A stretch of 64,000 nucleotides of DNA from Bythopirellula sp. (GCA_965216565.1 OZ244170.1:1184001-1248000), one strand, 5' to 3'. Positions 38,447-49,848 are shown, counted from the stretch's first letter. Made by a program: numbers and translations. Notes: generated by a model from the letters alone, not told the origin.

Positions 38447-39523
38447 ATGAACCGCAGTTTAAGAGCTAAACATCCTGATGCATTTCGCAATCTAGGTTTT
38501 ACACTAGTAGAACTGTTGGTGGTGATTGCCATTATTGGCGTGCTCGTGGCCCTATTGCTGCCCGCCGTCCAGGCCGCTCGTGAAGCGGCACGACGAGCAC
38601 AGTGTGTGAATAACGAGAAGCAATTGGGACTGGCATTCTTGAACTATGAAGGAGCTCGAAAGAATTTTCCCGCGGGCCGGCACGGCTGTGATGGAGCCGT
38701 GAATCTCAATGTAGAAGGATGCGAACCCACGCCTGAAATCAAGCGTTCGGCAATGAGCGCGTTTGTTAAGATTCTTCCCTACCTCGAACAGCAAGCACTC
38801 TACGACATATTTACCTCGGAACCTGGAGACGGATATCTCAAAGGGAGCGCCGAGATTATCTGGCCAATCAATAGCGGTAGCGGCAATACGAATTCGTTAT
38901 CAAATTGGGCGACCACAGAATTGCAGCAGGCGTTGAGCAATCGACCTGACGCATTTGTTTGTCCTAGCGCCGGTTCCATGCCCCTATCTGAATCCCTTCG
39001 TTACGAGAGTGATGAATTTCAACCAGCAACTGGCGACTATGTCTTAAACATGGGTCATCGTGGTCACCCTACCTTCGACAGAGATTTCTTGGCTGTAAAA
39101 GTCGATAACTCGGGAATATTCTTTTATATTCGAGAGATCAAGCTCGCAGAGATCGAAGATGGTACGAGCAATACATTCTTCGGTGGCGAAACAAGCTTCA
39201 GCCACACGATTGACAGCAGCAACATCTGGACCCGCTCCGAACGTTTTCTTGATGGTATGCGTAATACGGATAACGCAATTAATTTTCCCTCGGGTCCCGA
39301 CTATGCCGCTACTTTCTCTCCTGAGTTTCTCCATCGGAAATCAGAAGCACCCGACCGACCCTATTTCGCCGCCGGCGCTTTTGGCAGTGAGCATCCCGGA
39401 GGGGCCAACTTCTTTTACGCCGATGGACACGTCGAATTTCTGGCCGATGAGATTGATCTGTTGACGTACCAAGCGACCAGCACCCGCGCTCAACAGGAAG
39501 TCAACGACGTCTACCTGCGATAA
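38447..39523 (+). CDS. DUF1559 prepilin-type protein
   Basis: [42 protein letters not shown]9-DG motif [12 protein letters not shown]. Confidence 0.95.
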   Translation: MNRSLRAKHPDAFRNLGFTLVELLVVIAIIGVLVALLLPAVQAAREAARRAQCVNNEKQLGLAFLNYEGARKNFPAGRHGCDGAVNLNVEGCEPTPEIKRSAMSAFVKILPYLEQQALYDIFTSEPGDGYLKGSAEIIWPINSGSGNTNSLSNWATTELQQALSNRPDAFVCPSAGSMPLSESLRYESDEFQPATGDYVLNMGHRGHPTFDRDFLAVKVDNSGIFFYIREIKLAEIEDGTSNTFFGGETSFSHTIDSSNIWTRSERFLDGMRNTDNAINFPSGPDYAATFSPEFLHRKSEAPDRPYFAAGAFGSEHPGGANFFYADGHVEFLADEIDLLTYQATSTRAQQEVNDVYLR

Positions 39524-39577
39524 GTACGAACGCTGTTGTGCTGATAAGATTACGTAGAAGCACTGTAACTATGCGAC

Positions 39578-42163
39578 CTAGCGATCGCGTTCAACACTTA
39601 CGTCTACTAATCGTCGACTCGGAAGTTCGAATGTCACTTGCTGACCGCGTTCCTCGATCGTGATGAGTTTGTCGCTTGATTCCAGCTCCTGGGGATCAAT
39701 ACGTAACCGGTATGTTCCCGGCGTCAATTGCCAGGGCCGCATGGTAATCTGTTCGCTTTGGTCTGAGTGGGAATATAACTTCACTTGCAGGGTGTCGCGG
39801 CCGGTCTCGGTGACTAGCGCGGTGAAGTCCGTGCCAGTTTGCTCCCACGTGACCGCGAAATAGGGGGATAGGTCTTCTTGGACGCCGTCGCCGGTGAGCA
39901 TCGCTTTCAAATGGTCCGAGCCCGGAGCGTAAACCCGATCGGTGTGAACCGCTTCGGAGGTTTTTAGGGGCGTATTGTAGCGCACGTTTTCTAGGAGGCG
40001 CTCTAACCCTGTGACGAGATGACGCTCGTCGCCACTTAGCCGATACCCTCCATAGTGCGTGCCGTAGCGAAGTATGAGATCGTCCCACCGTGGATCGCCA
40101 GTAGAAAATCGCCATTGCTCGACGACATTCCAGAACGGCTGCTGCTCAGCAAGTGTAAACGCTGCCCACGTGGGTGATCCCTTTTTCAGCTGCCTTTCCC
40201 CATCGTTAGGGAATTGTGATTCCTCGGCTTGAATTAATTCCAGCGCAAGAAACATCGGTTCGAGAAGCTGCTTGTCCTTAGTGAGTAGATAGGTGAACAG
40301 CAATTGATCGAGCATCATACTGCCAGCATAGTGCTTCCACTCGTAGTAATTCCAAAACATGTTGGCTTGGTACCAGGTTTGTTCGTCGCCATTCAGTGCC
40401 TCGTCGGTGAACCTGATCGAGGCCGGCACGATCCCGCGGGGCTTTCCCTTATCTGTACGCAATGCCGCATGGACCCAGGCGAGCGACCACTCGTGGAGCA
40501 GCCGGATAGTAGTGGGATCAGGTTTTCTATGCACCAAATATCGCATCGCCTTCACTGCCCGACTGTTGTATTCGAGATCTCGGCCCTTCGGTTCATTCGT
40601 ATCGACTTGAGTTGCGCTGAACCATGCGCTACGAAAGTGCCGATGTCCGCCAGTAGTGAGCCCAGTCCAGACCTGGTCGAAATGCTTAGCGGAATGGGAT
40701 AGCCGGTCGAGATACTGAGGATCGTCATTAAACAGTGTTAGCACGCACATGGTGTCTGCCACGAATTCGGAAGCGTGCTCCACATCCGAAACTTTCCTGG
40801 CATACCCATGTCGGATGTGGTCGCTGCGCCAAACACAGTCCGCCAACTGCTCCCAGCCTCTTTGAGCGGTGGTGTCCCCCGAGAGAACCAGCGGCGTCCA
40901 CCATCGAAGTAACTCCACGTCGTCGCCGAGCTTTCCACCAAATTCTCCGTTGGGCGCCTGTTGTTGTTCGACCCACCAATGCGAAATCTCCCGCAGCCGA
41001 CAGAGTGCCTCCCGTTGGGCGACGGACCAAGTCGGGGCATTTGCCGCGGAAGCCAGGCAATCGCAAGGATCGGGTAAGTCGATTTGTTGTTCGACATACA
41101 TGGCTAGCAACGCATTGTCTGGGTGAAGTGCGTAGAGCTGTTGCAAATCTCTCCGTCCCGAAAATGCCAATTCATCGCCACCCGCCTGTTTGTTCAACCA
41201 ATACAGGATTCTCCCTCGGACGAATAACGCCCGCTCCGAGAGCGGAGCTTGGATGTCTGGGTCGGCGCTCAACAATCCATCAAGCAACATAACCGCTTGG
41301 TAAAACCGATCGAACATGCCCAGGCCCGTCTTCGTTTTGGCCCATTCCCAGCCCCGCATGGCAAAATAGTCTTCTGCCAGCGTCAATTGCTCCAACTGCT
41401 GGAGCCAAAAGGCAGAGCAGGCATCGTCAGGGTTGCGATTCAACGCGTCTTTGATCTGTTTGGTCAATTCAGAGAGTGAGTCCTTGCTCTCGAATGCTCC
41501 TGCCAAGCTAAGTCTCTTAAAGAGCTGGCGATGAGCCGCAGTGGTAGGTGCGGCACGTCGGATAAGCGATAATCCCAGCAGTCGAACCTTTTCGTCTCCG
41601 CCTAGCTGAATTGACAGGCCTTCCGAGCCTACCTTTGCCAGTCCTTGGAACACTCGATAAGTTTTCGGCTGATCTCGCTGGGGCTCTGCCCGAGCCACGA
41701 ATTTCTGCCAACGTAGCGATTGGCTCTGACCTTGAATCTGGAGGTCTAAAGAATTGGGATCTTCTAACCCAGATTCGAGCCAAATGGTGACCCACCAGTC
41801 TCCGGGGACAAGATCAGCTCGAAACCCCAATCGTGGACCCGCGACGCCGTCGATAGTTTTAGAATCGCGAGATTTCTCCAATAGTCCACGAGTGAATTCC
41901 TCCGGGGGGGCATCCGTCCAGCCAAAGCCTTTTTTCGGCGTGTAAAGATTCTTCGCACTTAGCAGCTCGGATCCTGGCTCAACGGGCGAGTCAGCTGGAC
42001 CGGCGTCAAAATGCAAGACACTTCGATTGTTGGCCTGCTGTTCGGCCATTCCGCTGGAGCAAGGGATACTGACTAAGAGACATCCCAGCCTAACGGTAAG
42101 CTGAACATAACCGACGCCGGTCGATTGAAGACATTTCGCGATAAAATTGTCGAATCGAAACAC
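39578..42163 (-). CDS. Large hypothetical exported protein; N-terminal galactose-binding-like region, probable helical barrel
   Basis: 861-aa ORF; FDAGPADSPV..YTPKKGFGW N-terminal pattern; W/Y/H/D-rich core (GEFGGKLGDDVE, DVEHASE). Function and start uncertain. Confidence 0.7.
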   Translation of the reverse strand: MFRFDNFIAKCLQSTGVGYVQLTVRLGCLLVSIPCSSGMAEQQANNRSVLHFDAGPADSPVEPGSELLSAKNLYTPKKGFGWTDAPPEEFTRGLLEKSRDSKTIDGVAGPRLGFRADLVPGDWWVTIWLESGLEDPNSLDLQIQGQSQSLRWQKFVARAEPQRDQPKTYRVFQGLAKVGSEGLSIQLGGDEKVRLLGLSLIRRAAPTTAAHRQLFKRLSLAGAFESKDSLSELTKQIKDALNRNPDDACSAFWLQQLEQLTLAEDYFAMRGWEWAKTKTGLGMFDRFYQAVMLLDGLLSADPDIQAPLSERALFVRGRILYWLNKQAGGDELAFSGRRDLQQLYALHPDNALLAMYVEQQIDLPDPCDCLASAANAPTWSVAQREALCRLREISHWWVEQQQAPNGEFGGKLGDDVELLRWWTPLVLSGDTTAQRGWEQLADCVWRSDHIRHGYARKVSDVEHASEFVADTMCVLTLFNDDPQYLDRLSHSAKHFDQVWTGLTTGGHRHFRSAWFSATQVDTNEPKGRDLEYNSRAVKAMRYLVHRKPDPTTIRLLHEWSLAWVHAALRTDKGKPRGIVPASIRFTDEALNGDEQTWYQANMFWNYYEWKHYAGSMMLDQLLFTYLLTKDKQLLEPMFLALELIQAEESQFPNDGERQLKKGSPTWAAFTLAEQQPFWNVVEQWRFSTGDPRWDDLILRYGTHYGGYRLSGDERHLVTGLERLLENVRYNTPLKTSEAVHTDRVYAPGSDHLKAMLTGDGVQEDLSPYFAVTWEQTGTDFTALVTETGRDTLQVKLYSHSDQSEQITMRPWQLTPGTYRLRIDPQELESSDKLITIEERGQQVTFELPSRRLVDVSVERDR

Positions 42164-42220
42164 TTCAATCCATCCCTACAGAGGCAAGTGGTGAGGTACA
42201 GTTGTTCCCATGTCTGAACA

Positions 42221-43888
42221 CTAAGTGAGGAGTAGCCCCAAAATTCCTGCCACAAGAACGTAGTAGAAAAATACAAGGGCCGTCTTGCGGATCACGTCTC
42301 CCTCTCGTCCCGTCATCCCCACGACAGCGGACGCTGCGACCACATTGTGTACGCAAATGACATTTCCAGCGGCTCCGCCCACTGCTTGAAGCGCGACGAC
42401 CCAGGTGGGATCGGTACCAATCCGCTCGCCGACTTCGAATTGGAACAGAGAGAACATCATGTTGCTAATCGTATTGCTGCCGGCGACAAACGCCCCAATT
42501 CCGCCAATCAACGGGGAGAAAAACGGCCACGCGTTTCCAGTCACGGCGGCGACTCCCTCAGCCAGTTCTACTGGCATTGATCGAAAACCGGCCGCTCCAG
42601 CCGACGAGTTGAGAAACACTTGCACCATAGGCACGGCAAAAACTAGCGCAGCAGACGCACTGACGATCGTCTTGGCCGATTGGCTCACGGCTCGACCCGT
42701 CGCTGCCCAGCTCATCCGATGAACAAAAACTGTCAGGAGGCACACGATGATGAACGCCGTGCCAGGAAGATAGAGTGGTTCGACACTCACGTTGACCGAG
42801 GAACCGAACAAGCCCTGGAAACTGAGCGACACCCGCTTCAAAGCGGCCCCGATTCCCAACTGCGGCAAACGGGAGGCCACCAGCAAAGCTGCCAACACCA
42901 GGTAAGGCAGCCAAGCTTTCCACAGCGAGATGCCGCTGGTCACTTCTGGAACTTGGACTTCGGTATCGCTGCTCCAAGCACTATCCCAGCGTTCGCGACT
43001 CTCAAAGTCCCAGGGCTCCTCGTCTTTTGGAAGGAGCCAGCGATTCTTGGCCGCGGGTACCACGATAGCCAAACCGATCAGCGAACCCAGCAACGTGGGA
43101 AACTCCGGCCCCAGCCAATGTGCGAGGATCACATAGGGAACGGTCATCGCGAAAGCCGCCAGCAAGGCGAACCGCCAAATCCGCAGTCCATCCAGAAAGC
43201 TTCGATTCGCCCCGTAGAATCGAGTCATGAAAGACACGACGAGCAGCGGAATGAGCGTTCCGGCTATCGCGTGCAAGACTGCCACATGGGCACCGATCAC
43301 GGGGAGTAGTTCTTGCCAATGCCGCAGCCCCGCGTCCTCAGCGAATGCAACAACTTGAGGTGCGCCGTCGAGACCTTTGTTGACCCCCACCAAGATCGGC
43401 GTTCCTAACGCCCCGAACGATACTGGAGTGCTTTGAATCATCATTCCCGCCAGAATGGCCGCCATAGCGGGAAATCCCAACCCAACCAGCAACGGAACCG
43501 CCACGGCGGCAGGTGTGCCAAACCCAGCCGAACCTTCGATAAACGAACCAAACAGCCAGGCGATGATAATCACTTGGACCCGTCTATCGGGAGTGATATC
43601 TGAAAAGCCCCGGCGAATCGTGGCCAAGCCACCACTCTCGCGGAGCGTATTTAAGAGCAGAACAGCGCCGAAGATGATGTACAAAAGAGAGGCTGTAACA
43701 ACCAAACCCTTCACCGAAGCCGCCAACACCTGCAGCGGGGCAACCTGCCAAAAATACAGTGCGACGATTACGGCCGTCACATAGGAAAGCGGCATCGCTT
43801 TACTCGCTGGCCATCGCATTCCGACCAGAAAGATTCCCACAACTAGAATTGGTAGCAACGAAACGAACGGCGCAAGAGAATCGATCAT
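42221..43888 (-). CDS. lldP: L-lactate permease family transporter
   Basis: [76 protein letters not shown]. Confidence 0.9.
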   Translation of the reverse strand: MIDSLAPFVSLLPILVVGIFLVGMRWPASKAMPLSYVTAVIVALYFWQVAPLQVLAASVKGLVVTASLLYIIFGAVLLLNTLRESGGLATIRRGFSDITPDRRVQVIIIAWLFGSFIEGSAGFGTPAAVAVPLLVGLGFPAMAAILAGMMIQSTPVSFGALGTPILVGVNKGLDGAPQVVAFAEDAGLRHWQELLPVIGAHVAVLHAIAGTLIPLLVVSFMTRFYGANRSFLDGLRIWRFALLAAFAMTVPYVILAHWLGPEFPTLLGSLIGLAIVVPAAKNRWLLPKDEEPWDFESRERWDSAWSSDTEVQVPEVTSGISLWKAWLPYLVLAALLVASRLPQLGIGAALKRVSLSFQGLFGSSVNVSVEPLYLPGTAFIIVCLLTVFVHRMSWAATGRAVSQSAKTIVSASAALVFAVPMVQVFLNSSAGAAGFRSMPVELAEGVAAVTGNAWPFFSPLIGGIGAFVAGSNTISNMMFSLFQFEVGERIGTDPTWVVALQAVGGAAGNVICVHNVVAASAVVGMTGREGDVIRKTALVFFYYVLVAGILGLLLT

Positions 43889-44276
43889 GCAGTTTCGCGT
43901 ATCGTTTAATTGCGGGGGCTTGATGCCAGATAAGTGAAGTCGAAATCCGTGGGCTCGATTATAGCCTAGGATTTCGTATGGTGTGAGTAGAAAAGTAGGG
44001 TGCGATTGCTCGCGAATTGGCAACTCAACCAGGCTGAACTAAGCTAAGGTCACTGCTTCGTGCGGAACATTGGGGCTATAGGAAACTGCGAGGCAACTGC
44101 TTGGTTGCAAATGCCTCGAGCGACCCTCATCCAAGGTCCAATTCGTGTTCTCGGCTTATCAGAAAATGCCCAGTGAAAGCCGGGCTCGGAACTATAGTCC
44201 GGCTGGATTTATTGTAATTCTTACTGTAGCTATGGTTTCAACCTTAGTGGGGCTTTAGAGGACCCATCGTATTCTA

Positions 44277-44318
44277 GGTCGGGCTGAGAGGATTTGAATC
44301 CCCGACCTCAGCGTCCCG
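44277..44318 (-). other. 3' half of a tRNA-Pro(CGG), degenerate; att-site-like remnant
   Basis: Minus strand reads CGGGA CGCTG AGGTC GGGGA TTCAAAT CCTCT CAGCCCG A CC: anticodon to acceptor 3' strand with G72/A73 typical of tRNA-Pro. No 5' half upstream. Confidence 0.8.
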
Positions 44319-45344
44319 CAACTACTCTCGTCGGAATCAAGAAACGCCTGACTTGCGTTATGCACCAACGTGTCAGAAGTTTGCAGCATTGCAAGAGTTG
44401 TGAAGCAATTGCAACACTTAGCGGTATTATCGCTCAACTGGGTCGAGAACGAGTAGATTTGAGTCCAGGGCAGCAGTAATCGTCCCTCAAACAAAGGGCA
44501 TGGCAATGGTCCCCAATTTGCTACTCTATTGAGCGGAGGTAATAAGATCTCCATTGAATGCCACAATCAGATCCGGCTTTAGCATCCGAGATGTTTGTCG
44601 GACCAAAACTGACACCATTTGCTCCTATGACCATCGATTGGCGAATACTACCAGCCTCGAAGGTGATTGCTTAAACGTGCAATAGGCGTAACTTGCCTTA
44701 ACAGCTGGGCTGAAATTATGAATGCACTTGCAACCCAGAAAGGAGTGTCTCCAGTCTGGTTGCCGACCAAGTTGCAAACATTGGGTGTCAGCAAAACAAT
44801 AAGAATTGACACTGCCGTTTGGTGGAGTGGACAGGTTATGATGGGTTCTTTGTGAAGGGGGAGTATCAGATACTAAATCTATCGTTGCCTTCCTAGCTCG
44901 TTTATTCGATGCCTGAACACACTCTTGAAGCTGCTACACAGCCTTACATTGCTATAACTCAAAGCTCCATGATTCACTATGAGGCTGGATGGGCAGATTT
45001 GGTACAGATGAACTTCACTACTATTAGAACACACCTTCTGGTCTTCGTGTCCAAGTGGACACACATTCTCGGAGATTTGCAATCAAGCTGATACTCAATA
45101 ATAAGGAGCGGTTTTGGCTTTCAACCTGTGAAATGGAGTCTCCCTTCGTTGGAGTAGAAATATTAATGCACCTGTAGAAACACCACAAAAACCTAAATCG
45201 AGGTATTAGCTAAACGTTCTGTAATCTTGTATATATTGGGCTATGTTCCAGAAGGCACTAACTAAGAATGAAGTGGCATCATCCCCCCGGAGGTAAGTGT
45301 CCTACCCTCAGAGGACAGGTGATTACAGATAAAGGTCGGGAATA

Positions 45345-46505
45345 ATGAACTTGGTGAAACCTATATTGCTATCGGTGCTTTTCCTCAGTTCGGCAGGTAA
45401 TGCTGCGGCTGCGATGGAGTTTCGAATCAATGGAAATGTCATCGGTTTGGTAAAAGAGGGCGAAGCAGTACTTACAACATCAAGTGAAGTCTTAGGTGAC
45501 AAAATCGAGGTTGCTCGTGCCAAGATCGGTGATGGTCTGTTTTCCCTCAGGGGAAAGTTTGACGAGATCGAACGTGCCAATGTGGCAATCTTAAACTCCG
45601 AGGGCCAAGGTCGAGGGTCGGTAGATGTCGTTCTAGAACCCGCCTCAATCGAAGTCAGTTATCATGGGAAATATGCCGGTTTGCGGGCTGTTGGCGAAGG
45701 AAAATACGCCAAGTTGTTGATGTCGCAATGGCAACAGAGTGAGGAGTATAAAAAGGCTCTTGAAGAATTTGTGAGGACTGCTACCAAGCGTGACGAATCA
45801 GAGAATGGTGCCGAAAAAGAGGTGCTGAACAAAAAGTATTGGGAACTTTACTATGTGATGCCCAAGCTTCAATCAAAGATACTCGATGCAATAGCCGTTT
45901 CGAGCGAAGATCCGCTAGCAAGTTCCCTGGCAATTCAACTCGGTGGACTTCGCACAAGTGAAAAAGCTGTTGCCAAGTTGGATGAGTTGGAAAAAGTACT
46001 CGGCCCGCAAAAGGGCTTAGTGAATCGACGCAAGGCAATTAAGGGAAGTATCCTTCGTCGCCAGAACTCCCGGCTTATGAAGAAGGACATTCAAAATCTT
46101 GCTGTCTCCGCCAAGAGTATTGATGGAAAGACATTTGATTTGAAGTTCGTACTCAAGAAAAATAAATATGTCCTGCTGGAATTTTGGGCGTCTTGGTGTG
46201 GCCCCTGCCTAAAAGAAGTGCCGCACATGAAGAAGGCCTACCAGGAGTTCAATGCGAAGGGCTTCGAGATCTTTTCATTCTCTTTGGATGACGATCGCCA
46301 ATTGTGGGTTAGCGCATCGGAATCCATCGCACCGCCGTGGATAAATGTGTGTGACCTCAAAGCCTACGAAAGCCCAGCGGCCCTGAAGTTTGGCGTGCAA
46401 ATAATTCCTCGCAACTTCCTCCTAGATAAAGATGGAAAAATCATTGCCAGCGATCTACGAGGCGAAGCCCTCTCGGCCAAACTGGAAGAATTATTGAAAG
46501 ACTAA
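45345..46505 (+). CDS. Exported TlpA-family thiol:disulfide oxidoreductase with DUF4369-like N-terminal domain
   Basis: Signal peptide; VLLEFWASWCGPC, IPRNFLLDKDGKII; Lys-rich and lower GC than the flanks. Confidence 0.9.
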   Translation: MNLVKPILLSVLFLSSAGNAAAAMEFRINGNVIGLVKEGEAVLTTSSEVLGDKIEVARAKIGDGLFSLRGKFDEIERANVAILNSEGQGRGSVDVVLEPASIEVSYHGKYAGLRAVGEGKYAKLLMSQWQQSEEYKKALEEFVRTATKRDESENGAEKEVLNKKYWELYYVMPKLQSKILDAIAVSSEDPLASSLAIQLGGLRTSEKAVAKLDELEKVLGPQKGLVNRRKAIKGSILRRQNSRLMKKDIQNLAVSAKSIDGKTFDLKFVLKKNKYVLLEFWASWCGPCLKEVPHMKKAYQEFNAKGFEIFSFSLDDDRQLWVSASESIAPPWINVCDLKAYESPAALKFGVQIIPRNFLLDKDGKIIASDLRGEALSAKLEELLKD

Positions 46506-46555
46506 CTCGATAGATCACGTCCGCCCCGGTTGAATTGCAAACTTCTCACCCGTTA

Positions 46556-47371
46556 CTAAATGGAGTAGTCATCTTGGATCGAGGGTGGATCAACAAGGCG
46601 ACGTAAGATGTCGGTCACCTCTTTGCGTCGACTTCGGCTTACGGGCACTGTGTGTCCATCGGCCAGGAACAGTTGGGCGGAGCCCGATTTTCCGTAGCGC
46701 ATTTTACGTACCCAGTGAACGTTCACTACGTACGATCGATGCACTCGAACAAAGTCGGGTGATTCCAGATTGCGGTAGAAGTTTTCCAGTGATTCCCGGA
46801 CAAGATAAGATTCGTCACGAATTCTAACATTAACGTAGTTCCCAGCGCTTTCCACGAGTTGAATTTCGGATTCCTGATAGACCAGGTCCTCGCGCACAGC
46901 ACTTAGGATTTTCTTGTCGGCAGCTTCTTCCTTCGCGTCCGGTAGTTCCTCTGTCGAGGCGGAAGCTGTCGCTGTACCGGACGGAATGGGAATGCTCTCG
47001 CTAAGTCGGGAGTCGATACGATCGAGAACCCGAGAGAAGCGAGAGGGATCGATCGGCTTTTTCACATAGTCGAAAGCTTCGTACTCAAAGGCCTTCAGTG
47101 CATAGTCCCCGTAGGCTGTAACAAAAACTACCAAGGGTCGCGTTGTTTGGAGCGACTCGAGGACTTCGAAGCCATTCATCCCAGGCATTTGAATATCGAT
47201 AAACGCAGCGTTTGGCTGAACGCGATGCGCTTCGGCAACTGTTGATTCGCCGCTGTCGCAAACAGAAACGATTCGAAAGCGGGGATCCTGTTCGATCAGC
47301 TCACAGACGTACTGGCGGCTCGGTAGCTCATCATCGGCAACAAGAACACTGTAGAGAGAGTCAGTGCTCAT
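46556..47371 (-). CDS. LytTR family response regulator
   Basis: VADDE, FIDIQMPGMNG, VFVTAY, DYVKKP; LytTR motif FVRVHRSYVVN, VPVSRSR. Confidence 0.93.
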   Translation of the reverse strand: MSTDSLYSVLVADDELPSRQYVCELIEQDPRFRIVSVCDSGESTVAEAHRVQPNAAFIDIQMPGMNGFEVLESLQTTRPLVVFVTAYGDYALKAFEYEAFDYVKKPIDPSRFSRVLDRIDSRLSESIPIPSGTATASASTEELPDAKEEAADKKILSAVREDLVYQESEIQLVESAGNYVNVRIRDESYLVRESLENFYRNLESPDFVRVHRSYVVNVHWVRKMRYGKSGSAQLFLADGHTVPVSRSRRKEVTDILRRLVDPPSIQDDYSI

Positions 47372-48639
47372 GTTGGCTCGTCTTCTGCTTGCAGAGGGAC
47401 CCTTACCGAAACCATCAGGCCTGTCGGCTCGTTTGGCACAAAGGTGATCGCCGCGTTCCCGTCGTACTGCAGAGACAGGCGTTGACGTGTTAGACCAATG
47501 CCATATCGTTCCTCAAGAGTTTGGTCGGGCTCTATTTTCGCGCCGTTATCTACGACTTCTAAAATGCAACAATCGTCTAAGCGTTTTGCCGTGACGTCGA
47601 CTCTCGCAATGCTGTTGTGCTCGCGAAAACCGTGCTTAAAGGAATTCTCCACCAAGGGTTGTAGCACGAAAGCAGGAACCATCGCCGATTCCAATCCTTC
47701 TTCGACTCGAATCGAATAGTCGAGCTTTGGTCCGAACCTCATTTTCTGGATGTTGAGATATGTCTGTAGGATCTCCACTTCCTTGTCGAGACGGATTTCT
47801 TGTTCAGGGAGCGACTCGATGGACTCACGCAGAAGATCCCCCAGCTGACTTATGCAATCGCGAGCCGCTTTGGCATCGGTTGAAATCAAAGCACTAATCG
47901 TGTTGAGCGTATTGAACAAAAAGTGAGGAGTAAGTCGGTTGCAGAGGGTCTCGTGCTGAAGCTGAGTGAGTGTGCTACGAAGTTGCGCGGCCTGTCGGGT
48001 GCGATACTCGGTCAACCGGAAGTAAAGCATCGCATAGCCGGCAGCGGACATCATCAAATAGGAGGTGAGAATCACCATCAGTTCGCCAAGCCAATAGATG
48101 GCTCCGTAGGACTTGTGAAACATGACGTCCGTGTAATCCTTGGTTGCAGTCGCTTTGGAGTCGGCGGATGCGTCGGTAATGTCATCCCCCGTTTTGTCGA
48201 CAGAATCAAGTTTTTCGACCGAGTCACTCTGCAGGGAAGTACTGGCGGACTTCACTAAAGTGTTCTTCTGATCCGCTTGAATATGTGCCAGTCGGTGGAG
48301 GTAGTTGCCAGAGACCACCAGTGCAACGGCCACTAAGCCTAAGTGAAACAGCGCTAGCTTCCAAACGGCGAACCGCCTCTCGACGATTACAGCGGCAATC
48401 AAAGGAACAAGTACCAGCCAGGCACAGGCACGAAGATCAAGAACCGTCCACCAGTACTCGCTCGGTAAGCCAGACTCCAACTTGTCGCTGAAGTAGGTAA
48501 ACGTGCGAACGATGTGACTGATAATTAAGAAGATTTGCAACAGAAAAATCGTGCCGAACACCCACAGATAGGTCTTCGCTCCAGTGTATGGAGCAGGCCG
48601 TTCTGCGGGACTTACGGTCTCTCTTGCGAAGCTGATCAT
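47368..48639 (-). CDS. LytS-type sensor histidine kinase
   Basis: N-terminal TM helices; LTPHFLFNTLNTI, LQPLVENSFKHG, VVDNG, GIGL; overlaps the LytTR start. Confidence 0.92.
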   Translation of the reverse strand: MISFARETVSPAERPAPYTGAKTYLWVFGTIFLLQIFLIISHIVRTFTYFSDKLESGLPSEYWWTVLDLRACAWLVLVPLIAAVIVERRFAVWKLALFHLGLVAVALVVSGNYLHRLAHIQADQKNTLVKSASTSLQSDSVEKLDSVDKTGDDITDASADSKATATKDYTDVMFHKSYGAIYWLGELMVILTSYLMMSAAGYAMLYFRLTEYRTRQAAQLRSTLTQLQHETLCNRLTPHFLFNTLNTISALISTDAKAARDCISQLGDLLRESIESLPEQEIRLDKEVEILQTYLNIQKMRFGPKLDYSIRVEEGLESAMVPAFVLQPLVENSFKHGFREHNSIARVDVTAKRLDDCCILEVVDNGAKIEPDQTLEERYGIGLTRQRLSLQYDGNAAITFVPNEPTGLMVSVRVPLQAEDEPT

Positions 48640-49047
48640 GACCAGTTGACAATTTAATGTGTCGGCTGCTGTGCACGAACACGGCAACAGCGATGTGTTC
48701 TTTTTGCTAAGAATCACACAAAGCTATATCGGTATTCAAGTTAGAAGTGTAGCCCCTTCATTTTATCAGATGCCAGCATGAACGCACAATCAACCCCTGC
48801 ATTCTTAGTGTTCTTGTAGGCACTTTGCGGAGCACCAGCATGCAGATTAGGCAAAGTAAACGCGTTGCCTTAAATGACTGCTGGACGGGTTAGATGTCAT
48901 TGCTCCCAGGGAAGTGTATTTGGCCCCACTGCACTCGGTTGCGACTGCAAATATAGAGGTAGCAGGTTACCTTGAAGGCTTACGAGACCTTGGTCACAGC
49001 AAAGCAGCGGACGCGCACTTTGTGTGGAATTGAGATGACAGAATAGA

Positions 49048-49848
49048 ATGCTGATTCTTTTTTTCAGCTCGCTACTGGTCGGCTTGGCTCTGGGTCTACT
49101 AGGTGCCGGCGGTTCCGTTGTAACCGTCCCAGTGTTGGTCTATTTGTTGGGACATAGCCTCCGCGAATCGATCGCCGAGTCGATGGCAATTGTGGGACTG
49201 ATTTCGCTGGTTACCGCGATACCCTACGCAAGAGCCAAGAGTATTGATTGGAAAAGTGTCTGGTGGTTTGGGTTGCCGGGAGTCGTTGGAACGCTGATTG
49301 GAGCTTGGTACGGCGTGATAGCTTCGGAGACTCTGCAATTCCTGGTTTTGGGCGGTGTGTTTTTTCTGGCGGCGGTTGTGATGATGCGTACTCCTCGTGA
49401 ATCAATGAATCCAAAGGACGAACCCCCTCAGTATCGTTCTCCACTATGGAGAATTGTATTGGACGGAACGTTGGTGGGAATCGTCACTGGTTTTGTCGGA
49501 GTTGGAGGCGGGTTTTTGATCGTGCCAGCACTTGTTGTGCTGGGAAAACTTCCGATGCGACTTGCCATTGGCACCAGCCTGGCAATTATCGCCATCAAGG
49601 CGGCAATCGGTTTTGCGAAGTACGAACATTACCTGTTGAGCCACGACCTTTCGGCCAACAGCGAAACCATTATGGTCTTTGCGCTGATTGGGATCGTCGG
49701 CAGCTATTTGGGCAGATTGATCAATGCACAGCTCGATCAACATCGTTTGCGGCAAGTATTTGCGGCGTTTCTCATTTTGCTAGGGAGCTTTGTGTTGTTC
49801 AGCGAGATGCGCGGTTTGTTCGATGTTTCATCAACTAGCGTCACTTAA
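49048..49848 (+). CDS. TauE/SafE family sulfite exporter
   Basis: LGLLGAGGSVVTVPVL and GFVGVGGGFLIVPAL internal repeat, AIGTSL; about 8 TM helices. Confidence 0.9.
   Translation: MLILFFSSLLVGLALGLLGAGGSVVTVPVLVYLLGHSLRESIAESMAIVGLISLVTAIPYARAKSIDWKSVWWFGLPGVVGTLIGAWYGVIASETLQFLVLGGVFFLAAVVMMRTPRESMNPKDEPPQYRSPLWRIVLDGTLVGIVTGFVGVGGGFLIVPALVVLGKLPMRLAIGTSLAIIAIKAAIGFAKYEHYLLSHDLSANSETIMVFALIGIVGSYLGRLINAQLDQHRLRQVFAAFLILLGSFVLFSEMRGLFDVSSTSVT

Noticed and set aside
44277..44360. Complete tRNA-Pro gene
   Set aside because: The 5' acceptor strand and D arm are absent and the T stem is mismatched; kept only as a fragment.
44320..45344. Short ORFs and an IS-end-like AAAACTGACACC sequence in the AT-rich stretch
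   Set aside because: No transposase or integrase motifs, and only an 8-bp inverted match; not supportable.
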